The position numbers were made by a program, and so were the translations under genes. A stretch of DNA of 64,000 nucleotides from a virus, in the IMG/VR virus record IMGVR_UViG_3300028844_003294, positions 1 to 64,000 of that record. One strand, written 5' to 3'. How positions within the stretch are numbered: the first letter of the stretch is position 1; each line of letters starts with the position of its first letter. The notes beneath the pieces are model-generated. The model worked only from the letters and a program-made list of their open reading frames with translations. It did no database searches and was not told where the DNA came from. Positions 1-9,747 of the stretch are shown here, in pieces.

Positions 1-251
1 GTGTAGTCAAAGTCCTTGTTAGGTAAATGGCTGGTAGGTGCCTTTCCATCATACTGTGGGTCATGTGGTGTAGGTGCCGCAATAAAAACAATGTCTTGTC
101 CCTTTACAGCATCTTCCATATTGTCAACCATTATAAAGTTTTCAGGCTTTACTGGATTGACATCATAACCAACAACATCATGGACCTCGGCGACCATCTC
201 GGCGCAGGCTTGTCCTAACTTGCCTACTCCGATGAATCCGATTGAGGCCAT
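1..251 (-). CDS. UDP-glucose/GDP-mannose dehydrogenase family protein, N-terminal part (runs off the window)
   Basis: Not in the ORF track. Manual translation: MASIGFIGVGKLGQACAEMVAEVHDVVGYDVNP...DIVFIAAPT...KDFDY. Rossmann GxGxxG plus GYD and FIAxPT motifs. AGGAG RBS at 258-262; alternative ATG at 257. Confidence 0.8.
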   Translation of the reverse strand, partial: MASIGFIGVGKLGQACAEMVAEVHDVVGYDVNPVKPENFIMVDNMEDAVKGQDIVFIAAPTPHDPQYDGKAPTSHLPNKDFDY

Positions 252-292
252 TTTCATCTCCTAAATGTTATTGTGTGTATCGAGTACTTGTA

Positions 293-300
293 TATTTATC
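293..300 (-). promoter_or_regulatory. Putative late promoter box GATAAATA
   Basis: Intergenic copy of the motif that recurs upstream of structural genes; resembles the T4 late promoter TATAAATA. Confidence 0.55.
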
Positions 301-337
301 AATAGAATTTTACAAAAACTCTATATATTGACTTATA

Positions 338-1687
338 TTATTTGAAAACTTTATCTTGGTACTCAGAAAATGTAGGGAATTTTTCTAGGTAGTTATTTTT
401 ATTACGATTAGTATAATCATAAAACCGCATATATGGATCGTTTTTAACCATTTGAATAAACTGTTGTTTGTTATGTTGTAGTTTGTCTTGTACACTATCA
501 CTATAGTAGAGTTCATGTATTTCTTCTATAGGTGTGCTTGATAACCTATGTATGTTTTGTTTTATTATATCAAATCTCTCACCGTAGTAAGATATTGAAT
601 CGTATGACTCATCATAAAACTCTGGAAAAGTTTCAAACCCTAAGTCTTGTAAAACTTTTAATTGCCCAGGTAAGCCTACAATCATTATAGGTAATTCATA
701 ATACATACTCTTTAAACTTTTTTCTGATATCCAACCGTCAATTGGTATTTCCATGCTCTGCCATTTTTCTTTATCAGTCTTTGAAAAAATAACAGTATCA
801 TATTCATAATCTTGATCATCGTGCCTGCCAAATTTCCAAACTGGATTACAATGTGTTTCTGTTGCAATATAGAGATAAGAATCGTTTACTATATCATGAG
901 AAACAACATCTTGCCATTGCTCAATATTATTCATTTCAAATTTGCCGTCTAGTATTCTTTGCAAAGACTCATCATCTGGTTTTAAATAACTTAAATTAAA
1001 TTTGGATTCAAGCTCAGCATCTATAATATATTTTACAGTATCAGTCCTGTGCGCCTTAGCATAGTTATTCATACATAAGAAATGTTTTGTTCTTGATGTT
1101 GTAGTAGCGGGTGCTTTATAAAATGGTAAGTGATTTTCGTACTGCTTTGCAATCATACGTATTGGATAAATGCTGTAGTACCTTACATCTGCTAATGGAA
1201 AATGTCCTTGTAATTTTTTTACTTCAGCAGTATTTCCTACCCAATAATGTATACGTTCGTTGTCTATGTTTTTAAATGCTTTTTTATGTAAAGCAATTCT
1301 ATCAAATACGCATTGTAATGTTGTATGTGGTTCTACCCAGCCATACACTCTACTGCTGTATAAGTCCCAACCATGTGAGAATAGTAAATGTATGTTTTGT
1401 GTTGATTCAATTGCTTCTGCAAGTTTCCCAACATTAGGACCTCCATCTAAATAATTATTTACACTAAGTCCAAACTCTATGTAGTAATCGGTATTTGGAT
1501 TTAGAGTTGCCGTTGAAACTACATGCTGTAAATTTTCAAATTTAACAATACAACCTTCTAGTCTATTACCATCTAGGTAACCTACCATGCTATGACTTTC
1601 TGTAACAAGGCCTGGCGCTCTATCATTATCCATAGCATCAGCACCATCACCAGGTTCGAATATATGATCTAATGTTACTAGTATCAT
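338..1687 (-). CDS. Glycosyltransferase-like protein (paralogue family A)
   Basis: 449 aa. C-terminal ET...ISEKSLK...P..IVG...L..LGFETF...DESYD, shared with 1684..2967 and 13163..14461 and reminiscent of the GT10 'ITEK' donor-binding motif. Confidence 0.55.
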   Translation of the reverse strand: MILVTLDHIFEPGDGADAMDNDRAPGLVTESHSMVGYLDGNRLEGCIVKFENLQHVVSTATLNPNTDYYIEFGLSVNNYLDGGPNVGKLAEAIESTQNIHLLFSHGWDLYSSRVYGWVEPHTTLQCVFDRIALHKKAFKNIDNERIHYWVGNTAEVKKLQGHFPLADVRYYSIYPIRMIAKQYENHLPFYKAPATTTSRTKHFLCMNNYAKAHRTDTVKYIIDAELESKFNLSYLKPDDESLQRILDGKFEMNNIEQWQDVVSHDIVNDSYLYIATETHCNPVWKFGRHDDQDYEYDTVIFSKTDKEKWQSMEIPIDGWISEKSLKSMYYELPIMIVGLPGQLKVLQDLGFETFPEFYDESYDSISYYGERFDIIKQNIHRLSSTPIEEIHELYYSDSVQDKLQHNKQQFIQMVKNDPYMRFYDYTNRNKNNYLEKFPTFSEYQDKVFK

Positions 1688-2967
1688 TGCTGTAGCATCT
1701 CCGACATGTTTATATCGCTGTTCTGCATGAATAATTTATAGTTATGTTCTAATATAGATTGACACTCGTTAGATATATAATATTCATGTATCTCATCTAA
1801 TGATAAGTTAAGCAGTCTATTTATTTCTGTTTTTAAACTAATCATTCTTTTCTTGCCAGAAATAATATTATCAAAACTGTAATCTATAAAATTATCAAAT
1901 AGTTTGTAACCATATTCTTTTAAAACTTCATGTGTTTTATATGTACCTGCAACTAAAAATATTTGTCTAAAGTAAATAGGCTTTAGTGTTTTTTCAGAAT
2001 GCCACTTAACAATTTTATCTTCTGGTTGCTTTGTAATACCAGTATGCCAATGAGGCTTTTCTGATTCTGATTTTATAAAAGAGTCGTTGTAGTTATAAAA
2101 AAATGTTTCAGATACTAAATTTATATATGAGTCATTATAATATGTATGTGGTAGACTATCTTGCCACGTTGTAATATTATGAGTCCTCATTAGTTTAGTT
2201 TTTTCTTCTAACAATCTAAATCCATTTTCTACTAATGTTTTATATGACTTATCCTCAGGCAGAAAATCATATAGTTCTTTTCTAAAATCTTTTATTCTAT
2301 GATTTAGATTTATAAAATGTTTATTACGTTTATTTTTATTAGGTATATACTCTTCAGGATTGTATGCCCTTATTCTATTGTAGTAGCAGTTATGATTATA
2401 TGCTGTTACGTTTGGCATAATTTCTTTTGTTCTATCTACTATTTCTTTATTGCAACTTAAAATTATAATTCGTTCTTGCGGTATACTTTGTGTTTGTTCT
2501 TTTATATATTCTATTAAATCAAAATCTGTTGTGTGATCTATAGAAGTATACAAATCCCATGTACCACTGAAAAGTAGTTTTACTTCTTTGTAAGGAGCAA
2601 ATGTTTCTGCTATGTCTTTAAGTAAGTTATCTTTTTGAATTGACGAAATATGTACAGGTATAATAATATGCACTATAGGAGTGCTACCTCTTAATCTTCT
2701 TATTTGTTTATCTAATGTGTCGTCCAACGTTAGGTATACAACTTTGTCTTTAGTAGTATCATCACCTATTCTAAAGAACGTATTTGCTTCAGCACCTTTG
2801 TATAGTGTTGCAAAATCTTTTACTTCGTAATTATCAAGCCACTCTTTATTATTAAATCTTGGGCCTATGTATTCTTGTCCTTCTTGAACTTCATAGAATT
2901 GATTTCCTATCTTTAGTTCTCCAATAGGGTGGTTCTTGATTTTGTCAAATCTTATCCAACTAATCAT
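1684..2967 (-). CDS. Glycosyltransferase-like protein (paralogue family A)
   Basis: 427 aa. KHFINLN...SYINLVSET...SEKTLKP...GYKLF...DYSFD; also shares WDLY and WQD motifs with 338..1687. Confidence 0.55.
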   Translation of the reverse strand: MISWIRFDKIKNHPIGELKIGNQFYEVQEGQEYIGPRFNNKEWLDNYEVKDFATLYKGAEANTFFRIGDDTTKDKVVYLTLDDTLDKQIRRLRGSTPIVHIIIPVHISSIQKDNLLKDIAETFAPYKEVKLLFSGTWDLYTSIDHTTDFDLIEYIKEQTQSIPQERIIILSCNKEIVDRTKEIMPNVTAYNHNCYYNRIRAYNPEEYIPNKNKRNKHFINLNHRIKDFRKELYDFLPEDKSYKTLVENGFRLLEEKTKLMRTHNITTWQDSLPHTYYNDSYINLVSETFFYNYNDSFIKSESEKPHWHTGITKQPEDKIVKWHSEKTLKPIYFRQIFLVAGTYKTHEVLKEYGYKLFDNFIDYSFDNIISGKKRMISLKTEINRLLNLSLDEIHEYYISNECQSILEHNYKLFMQNSDINMSEMLQQ

Positions 2968-2969
2968 GC

Positions 2970-4388
2970 TTACCTCGAATTGTGTTTTGGGTCTATTCTA
3001 TTATACCAATTATATAATTCTTCGTCTTCTTTATAAATGTCTTGTATTGTTAGTGCTTCACCTGGTGCGCCATCGTTTCTGATATCAGCAATAGTTTTCT
3101 GCCATTGCCTACCATTAAAGAATTGATCTTCGTGTGTATCAGGAAACTGTTCAGCAAACGTAGGTGTGTTGAGAATTGATTCTAACTGATGTATAACTGT
3201 TTGTTGTTTAGGTGTAATAATAGGTCGCAAGTCATCTAACAAACTGTTTACTATTCTGTCTAATATATGTCTAGGCCAGCTCATAAAACTAAACACAATG
3301 TCTGGATGGAATGCAAACATATTCTTTGTTTCAATTTTTACATCTAAATCTAATGCATAGTTTACAAAATCTCTTAATCCAAATAAGCCTGGTCCTGTTA
3401 GTGTTAAGTCCATTAGCATTTTGTCATTACCACCTGGTAATGCTACACCTTCTCTAAAGTTTTGATCCCATTGTTCCCAATCTAATCCTGTGCGTATAAA
3501 CTCTCCGATCTTGCCTATGCCATCTATACTGGCACACATAGTCCAGTCTTTTGCTTGTGGTAACCAATCATACAAGTAATACTTTCCGTATCTTACTCTA
3601 CTTAAATTACTGTTATAACGTAAGTGTACTTTGTGTAAGTTATTGTCTTCGCTAAGCCTATCCATTGACTTCCAATGTATATCATACATCAATGGCTCGC
3701 CGCCTACCCAGTATATTTCTTCTACTGTGCCTGACTTAATGGCTTCCCAAAATTCTTCCTCTACTACTTCTTTCTGAAACTTCTCGATAATTTCCTTATT
3801 CTCCGGAACCATAAACGGTTGAGACTCGGGAGTCCAGTGACCATGCGTTCTCTTTTCTGTTTCCCATGTTGAACTAAGTTGTTCGCCGCACATACGGCAT
3901 TTAAAATTGCATAAATTACTAACCCTATAATCAAAAGAGATAGGGTCCATTGTAGTGAATCCATTTTCGTCTGTCTCCTCGAAACACTGATCTATTTTGT
4001 TTTGAAATAAAAATCCAGTAAACCATTGTCTATATGTACTCTGACTAAGTATACTTTCATTGCACACATCACATTGAGGTATTTTTTCTCCAGCAAGTAG
4101 TTTAAGACGTATGTCTCTCATGTACTTACTATTCCAATGTTCTTTTAAACTTACTGGTTGATAGTCTGCAATAGTACCTGACTCTTTGAATAAGCCTGTA
4201 CTCTCATCATTACTTGCATCTATATACTGCTTTTGAAATTGATGTTCTTCTCTACTAGCACAGCACATACGCCTTTCGCTTTGTGGAGAAATATATGTGT
4301 GAGTCCATGGAGCAGTACAAAACACTTTATTAGGTGAATCAGGATGTACAGCACCACCTTCCCATATTGGTTTTACTCTGTTGCTCAT
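2970..4388 (-). CDS. Radical SAM protein with N-terminal Cys (twitch/SPASM-like) cluster
   Basis: CNFKCRMC (CxxxCxxC) and GGEPL; N-terminal FCTAPW...MCC...CDVC. Confidence 0.9.
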   Translation of the reverse strand: MSNRVKPIWEGGAVHPDSPNKVFCTAPWTHTYISPQSERRMCCASREEHQFQKQYIDASNDESTGLFKESGTIADYQPVSLKEHWNSKYMRDIRLKLLAGEKIPQCDVCNESILSQSTYRQWFTGFLFQNKIDQCFEETDENGFTTMDPISFDYRVSNLCNFKCRMCGEQLSSTWETEKRTHGHWTPESQPFMVPENKEIIEKFQKEVVEEEFWEAIKSGTVEEIYWVGGEPLMYDIHWKSMDRLSEDNNLHKVHLRYNSNLSRVRYGKYYLYDWLPQAKDWTMCASIDGIGKIGEFIRTGLDWEQWDQNFREGVALPGGNDKMLMDLTLTGPGLFGLRDFVNYALDLDVKIETKNMFAFHPDIVFSFMSWPRHILDRIVNSLLDDLRPIITPKQQTVIHQLESILNTPTFAEQFPDTHEDQFFNGRQWQKTIADIRNDGAPGEALTIQDIYKEDEELYNWYNRIDPKHNSR

Positions 4389-4609
4389 ATTTCTCTTACC
4401 ACAATAACACCGTATTGGTCCATTACTACATTCTCACATTCTATCCTGTTTAATACTGTATTTACTAAATCAATCATCATTTGACTGTTACCACATATAA
4501 TTGTTAAAGGGACTTCGCTTTGATTCATTAGTACAAAATTTTCTACCATGCTATCAACAGCATGATGTCTTGTGCCATGTAAATCAAGTGTATGCATTAG
4601 TCTTCCCAA
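4385..4609 (-). CDS. Small stand-alone Smr-like domain protein
   Basis: 74 aa. TLDLHG motif and a downstream LTIICGNS strand. Confidence 0.55.
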   Translation of the reverse strand: MGRLMHTLDLHGTRHHAVDSMVENFVLMNQSEVPLTIICGNSQMMIDLVNTVLNRIECENVVMDQYGVIVVREI

Positions 4610-5583
4610 ACTTTTATATTACTTATAAAAGGATACTCCTCTATCTTTTGTATCACAGATTCCCATGTTTCGTTTTGCAAATCTCCTAAGTGAGCTCTGC
4701 CTAAATTATTTTGTGGGTCTCGAACATTGATACCATAGTCTTCTACCTTGTGACCGTCAGCCCAATAGTAATACATTTCGTATAAGTCTTTGTCTGCCTG
4801 ACCACTGTACTGTTTAAATGTGTTACCATTTAACCCTATACATGCACTTCCTGTAATTAGTTTTTGAGGTTTTACTTCACCACGTTTTACTAATTCTAAA
4901 TCACCTGTTGAATAAGCATGTCCTAAATCTTTTCCTACTGTATAAAAATCTAAATATAAATCACCTGTATAGTAATGAGGTTTAAATTGTGCATAACCTT
5001 CGTCATCTAGATCTTCATAGTATTGTTCTGCATCTGGACTAAAATGTCTTATCACTATAAAATATTGTTTCTCTTCAATGTCTCTGGCTCTAAACCATTT
5101 GTCCATGTTTGCTTCTATTTCGTGTACAGTTTTATTTAATCGTTCAAGTATTTCAACCTCAGGATGATATTCTTCTGTGTAAACAAAGTCTGGGTCTTCT
5201 TGTAAGTCAACTAATTGTTTTTCAAATACATAATGAACTTCGTTTAATTTATCATGCATTACTACCATTGTGTCGTCGTAGTTTATTAGTAAGTTTTCAT
5301 CTGCACCTTGACGTTTAATATCTTCATTTAATGTATCTATTAAATCATGCATGTTTGCAACTTGATTAGCATTATAAAAATTCCAGTGACACCATCGATA
5401 TGGATCGTTGATTGCTCTGTTGTTTATATAATAAAATTGATTTGCTATTGCAGTATCGTCAAGTAACCACGTGATTGTTGTGTCGGTATCATTAAAACTT
5501 TTTTTGCCAAGCACATTAGTACCGCTGTCATCAACAACACCGTTTTGTGTTTTGCTTAAATGTATTGTGTAATACTTACTCAT
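4597..5583 (-). CDS. Hypothetical protein
   Basis: 328-aa ORF overlapping both neighbours; no motif recognised. Confidence 0.75.
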   Translation of the reverse strand: MSKYYTIHLSKTQNGVVDDSGTNVLGKKSFNDTDTTITWLLDDTAIANQFYYINNRAINDPYRWCHWNFYNANQVANMHDLIDTLNEDIKRQGADENLLINYDDTMVVMHDKLNEVHYVFEKQLVDLQEDPDFVYTEEYHPEVEILERLNKTVHEIEANMDKWFRARDIEEKQYFIVIRHFSPDAEQYYEDLDDEGYAQFKPHYYTGDLYLDFYTVGKDLGHAYSTGDLELVKRGEVKPQKLITGSACIGLNGNTFKQYSGQADKDLYEMYYYWADGHKVEDYGINVRDPQNNLGRAHLGDLQNETWESVIQKIEEYPFISNIKVWED

Positions 5584-7237
5584 CTACAGCACCGCCGAGA
5601 CCATCAACTTCTGTGTCCCAACCGATACTGCTACCTACACGTTTATTTTTTGCTTCGTCGTCTAAATATTTTGCGTCGTCATAGTCATCTTGGCTTTCAC
5701 CAGTTTGTCTTCCACGTACTTTCATTTCGACTACTTTAACTTCACCATCTTCAGTAACAATACGTTTAGCATATAATGTATTAGTTACACCAACACTATC
5801 TGGTGCTTGTATATCAGTATCATCTGATATATCTAATACGTCTATGCTGTTGTACCATTCTGCAAGTCTTGGAAAAGTTTCTTTAAAATTAAAACCACGT
5901 CTAGCATCATACTGTTCATAAAATACTTTAAAGTCGTGATGTAATAAATGTTGTTCTGCAGTATTTCTGTGTGGGGTCTTTACAACATCAAGGTACTCAA
6001 TCAATCTACTAATTTGATCTTGCTCCCATGGTTGTAATAGTTCTACTCCGTTTTTGTCTTTCTCGCCTTTCTCTCTAACATTGTTTAACCATTCACTTAT
6101 CTCATCATGATACATTTTACGCAAACTATCTGGCAATGTTAGTGGAGATTGGAAACTAGGGAAACGTAATATGTTTACACTGATACCAGGAACGTGATGT
6201 CCATATTTACGTTTCATTGATAAACACCAATCCCAAAATTCTGTAATTGTGTCTAGACATAATGCATTGATAGTCATCATCATATGCACTCCTTCATATC
6301 TTGCCTCTGTGGCAAAACGTTCAAACTGACTAGTCCATATTTCCCATTCTAATCCGTCTCTGATATATTCTGCTTGTTTACCATATGCCTCACAACTTGT
6401 ATACACATGAAAGTGATCAATATGTTGTGTTGCATCAATAAACTTGTTAAGCAATACTTCTTTAGCCATCAAGTTACTGTTGATTGCTAGACGCATTTTA
6501 TGTTTGTTTGGATCGTCTGTTTCTTTAAACCAATCGAATAGTTTGTATATACTTGGCGTCATTAGTGGCTCACCACCAGTCACTCGTATCTCTTCTAATT
6601 CACTACTGAGTTCAGGCCACCATCTCCAAAAGGCTTCTACATAAGGATTGTCTTCGCCTTGATCAAATGGTTCGGCGTAAGGTGCATCGTCAATAAAATG
6701 ACCTCTTGCATCACTTTTAATTCCTTGGTATCCGCCGTTTGTTCTAATGTCTTTTACCCATGTACTGCTGAATGCAGGGTTACAATAACTACATGCAAGT
6801 TGACATGTTCTGTCAAATGCTATCTCTAATGTTTTTAAATTTATATCAAACTGAGGGTCTAGGGTGGCAATTTTATTTAAATCGCTATCCTCATAGATAA
6901 CTGTTTTGTATGTTCTATCTGATACAGGTTCGTTGCCGTCTGAATCTTTGCCCATGTCTTCAATCTTCCAGCAGTATTCACACTCTTTAGGTCTTGTGCC
7001 TTCTTGCATCATTTGACGCATTTTCTTCTTGTGCCTAGTGTTGTGAATAGCACTTGGGTTTGTTTTTATTTCTTCTAAATCAATTTGGTGTGCTGGAGGG
7101 TGATGACAACTGGTTGTTCCACCGTGCCCTAACCATATAGTAGCATTGAGCCACTTAGCACCGCAGAATGATTCTGATACTGGATCAATCATTCTTGCTT
7201 TAAATTCTCTATGGCTTTCGCCTACTTTTCTACCCAT
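5576..7237 (-). CDS. Radical SAM protein with N-terminal Cys cluster and acidic C-terminal tail
   Basis: CQLACSYC and TGGEPL; N-terminal FCGAKW...SCHHP...CEYCW. Confidence 0.9.
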   Translation of the reverse strand: MGRKVGESHREFKARMIDPVSESFCGAKWLNATIWLGHGGTTSCHHPPAHQIDLEEIKTNPSAIHNTRHKKKMRQMMQEGTRPKECEYCWKIEDMGKDSDGNEPVSDRTYKTVIYEDSDLNKIATLDPQFDINLKTLEIAFDRTCQLACSYCNPAFSSTWVKDIRTNGGYQGIKSDARGHFIDDAPYAEPFDQGEDNPYVEAFWRWWPELSSELEEIRVTGGEPLMTPSIYKLFDWFKETDDPNKHKMRLAINSNLMAKEVLLNKFIDATQHIDHFHVYTSCEAYGKQAEYIRDGLEWEIWTSQFERFATEARYEGVHMMMTINALCLDTITEFWDWCLSMKRKYGHHVPGISVNILRFPSFQSPLTLPDSLRKMYHDEISEWLNNVREKGEKDKNGVELLQPWEQDQISRLIEYLDVVKTPHRNTAEQHLLHHDFKVFYEQYDARRGFNFKETFPRLAEWYNSIDVLDISDDTDIQAPDSVGVTNTLYAKRIVTEDGEVKVVEMKVRGRQTGESQDDYDDAKYLDDEAKNKRVGSSIGWDTEVDGLGGAVDE

Positions 7238-7833
7238 TAAAAATTACCTACATCAAAACTTATGTTTCTTACTTGAACTTCTTTGCCCAAGTCGATAAGC
7301 CACTCTAATTGTTCTGCTACACTATCTGCTGTCATCATATAATCTTCAGCAAAATCTTTAAACATAGCAGTACTGTCCGTATCTACAAAGCCTGGTTTTA
7401 CTAAACTGACTCTGCATTTACCTTTTTTATACATATTTGCAAGTTGTAAACTTGCCCAATCTAATCTTGCTTTGTCACTAACATATGGTGTCCAATCGGG
7501 ATTGTAACCCATTTGACTAAAGTTAGTTATACTATCACTACTAGTAGCACTTAAATTTACAATAAGTCTAGGCCTATCTTGCCATTGCTCATACATCAAG
7601 TATAGTAATCTCACTTGATTATCTGGAACATACGCATTATTTATAAAGACATCTGCGTTCCATTCGCTGATTTCCCTAACAACTTTTTTACATGTACTTG
7701 TCTTTAATAAGTTGTAGCCATTACTCCTACTAAAACCTTTTAATTCAAATCCACGATCTTCTAACCTATTCCAAAGTTGTTCGCCTATACCTTTTGTGTG
7801 TCCTGTTATTGCTATTCGCTTTATGTGTGGCAT
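7237..7833 (-). CDS. Short-chain dehydrogenase/reductase
   Basis: ITGHTKGIG, FINNA, YVSDK (YxxxK) and PGFVDT motifs. Confidence 0.85.
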   Translation of the reverse strand: MPHIKRIAITGHTKGIGEQLWNRLEDRGFELKGFSRSNGYNLLKTSTCKKVVREISEWNADVFINNAYVPDNQVRLLYLMYEQWQDRPRLIVNLSATSSDSITNFSQMGYNPDWTPYVSDKARLDWASLQLANMYKKGKCRVSLVKPGFVDTDSTAMFKDFAEDYMMTADSVAEQLEWLIDLGKEVQVRNISFDVGNF

Positions 7834-7861
7834 GTATGTATTTACTCAAATTTTATTATAT

Positions 7862-8962
7862 TTAGAACAAATCTAGGTGCTCCCATGGTAAGTCTGGTTT
7901 ACCAAAGTGCCCGTAGTTTGTTGTTTTTGTTAAGTCAAGTTTAAACAAGTCGAAACGTTCTATTATTCCCAGTGGTGTTAAGTCTACAAGTTGTTGTATC
8001 TCATGTGCCAAGTCTGGTCTAACTTCACCGTCTGCATAAACATACACACTAGTTGGCTCTTTAACGCCAATAGCATAACTTAGTTGTACTGTACAGTTAT
8101 CTGCTTTACCAAATGCTACAATGTTCTTTGCCAAATATCTAGCCATATATGCCGCTGATCTGTCGACTTTAGTGCAGTCCTTACCTGAGAAAGCACCACC
8201 GCCATGTGGAGCATACCCACCATAAGTATCAACAACAATTTTTCGTCCAGTAAGTCCTGTATCTCCATCTGGTCCTCCTATTACAAATTTACCCGTAGGG
8301 TTGATTAAGTATTCAGTATTATCATCAATTGGTGCATTACACTCCTTTAGTGCTTTTACTACTAGTTGTCTAATAGCATCACGAGTATGTTCTAAAGGAT
8401 ATCTATCATCATGTTGATGACTGCACACTACTCTAGCAACTCTAATTGGTGTGTTTATATCTGTATATTCCATTGTTACCTGTGCTTTGCCATCTGGTCC
8501 TAACCAAGTACTTGCTTTCTTTCTTTCAGTTTCAATAAATTGTAAAATCTTATGACTATAGTAAATAGCACTTGGCATATAGTCTTCTGTTTCTTTACAA
8601 GCATATCCAAACATAAGTCCTTGGTCACCGGCTCCAAAATTGTCTGTGCCTAATGCAATGTCTGGTGATTGTCCGTGTAACTCGTTATACACTTTAACTT
8701 TTGCCCAGTGAAAACCGTCTTGTTCGTAACCAATATTTCTAATTACTGCTCTAACAAGTTTTTCAATATATATTTTATCAAACTTATCGCTTTTATATTC
8801 TCCAGCAAGTGTAACCATATTTGTAGTAACCAAAGTTTCTACAGCCGCTCTGTGATTATCTTTGCCGTCTATTAAGTACGTTGCGACAGCATCTGATATA
8901 CTATCAGATATTTTGTCAGGGTGTCCTGCACTTACACTTTCGCTTGTGAATTCATATTTCAT
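7862..8962 (-). CDS. metK: S-adenosylmethionine synthetase
   Basis: FTSESVSAGHPDK, GAGDQG, GGGAFSGKD, KVDRSAAY. Start moved to ATG 8962 (MKYEF) after a GAGG RBS. Confidence 0.97.
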   Translation of the reverse strand: MKYEFTSESVSAGHPDKISDSISDAVATYLIDGKDNHRAAVETLVTTNMVTLAGEYKSDKFDKIYIEKLVRAVIRNIGYEQDGFHWAKVKVYNELHGQSPDIALGTDNFGAGDQGLMFGYACKETEDYMPSAIYYSHKILQFIETERKKASTWLGPDGKAQVTMEYTDINTPIRVARVVCSHQHDDRYPLEHTRDAIRQLVVKALKECNAPIDDNTEYLINPTGKFVIGGPDGDTGLTGRKIVVDTYGGYAPHGGGAFSGKDCTKVDRSAAYMARYLAKNIVAFGKADNCTVQLSYAIGVKEPTSVYVYADGEVRPDLAHEIQQLVDLTPLGIIERFDLFKLDLTKTTNYGHFGKPDLPWEHLDLF

Positions 8963-8966
8963 ATTT

Positions 8967-9179
8967 TTACCTCTGTGTGTTTGAAGGTTTGTGCTCCTCA
9001 TACAAAGCATTTGCTTCGTTGCTTAATCCTAGGCCACAACATATATCCATTTGTCTTCGAATATCGTCTGCCTGATTTTGTCCTTTAGTCCATGCTCTAT
9101 GATCATCGCTGTACATATATGTCCAGTCGTAACTTTGAAGCAATGTTTTTAATTGTAAGAGATCCGGGTGGTTACTCAT
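8967..9179 (-). CDS. Small hypothetical phage protein
   Basis: 70 aa with DWTYMYSDD motif; packed in the operon. Confidence 0.7.
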   Translation of the reverse strand: MSNHPDLLQLKTLLQSYDWTYMYSDDHRAWTKGQNQADDIRRQMDICCGLGLSNEANALYEEHKPSNTQR

Positions 9180-9499
9180 TTTACAAATAATCCTTTTAGT
9201 GATTTACCTTTGGCCATATCACCATTAAAGGTCATTTGTCCGCCCATTACTAATCCCATAGGATTAGCACCATTTACAAACATGTCAATCATGACATTTT
9301 TGTTTGCAAAGCCTACTGTAATATCTGCTGTATCCAAGTAGCCTTCTTCAAGTGCAACTGTGGAATTATGCACTCGTACATTAAATTTTCCATTACTTAC
9401 ACCTAATACATTTACGTTGATATCAACATCAACATCTTTTGATTTATCTTCGTTTAGATTTGTTGTAAGTGTATTTCTTATACTATCTATGTCTAACAT
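9176..9499 (-). CDS. SCP2 (sterol carrier/lipid-binding) domain protein
   Basis: ADITV...G.NPM.LVM.GQMTFNGDM pattern typical of SCP2. Start moved to ATG 9499 after AAGGAG. Confidence 0.7.
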   Translation of the reverse strand: MLDIDSIRNTLTTNLNEDKSKDVDVDINVNVLGVSNGKFNVRVHNSTVALEEGYLDTADITVGFANKNVMIDMFVNGANPMGLVMGGQMTFNGDMAKGKSLKGLFVK

Positions 9500-9747
9500 T
9501 ATGTCTCCTTTGGGTAGCCTTCGTACCACTCTTTGATTGTGTTTACTCTTACATCACGCCATGCATTTTTATCTAATGCATACATAATAATTGTGTCGCT
9601 CATACTGTCATACTTTTTAATTTCGAGTGTGAAGTCGCCAAGTGCTGGATTAAGTGTACACGGCATTGTTCGAATTTCGCCTGTGCCTATTTTTTCAAAA
9701 ACTATTGTTACCACACCTGACTTTAATGCTTGTAGTAATTTATCCAT
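9499..9747 (-). CDS. Small SH3/WYL-like beta-barrel phage protein
   Basis: 82 aa. V.IVFEK..GEIRTM.CTL...ALDKNAWR pattern, common in T4-like phages. Confidence 0.65.
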   Translation of the reverse strand: MDKLLQALKSGVVTIVFEKIGTGEIRTMPCTLNPALGDFTLEIKKYDSMSDTIIMYALDKNAWRDVRVNTIKEWYEGYPKET

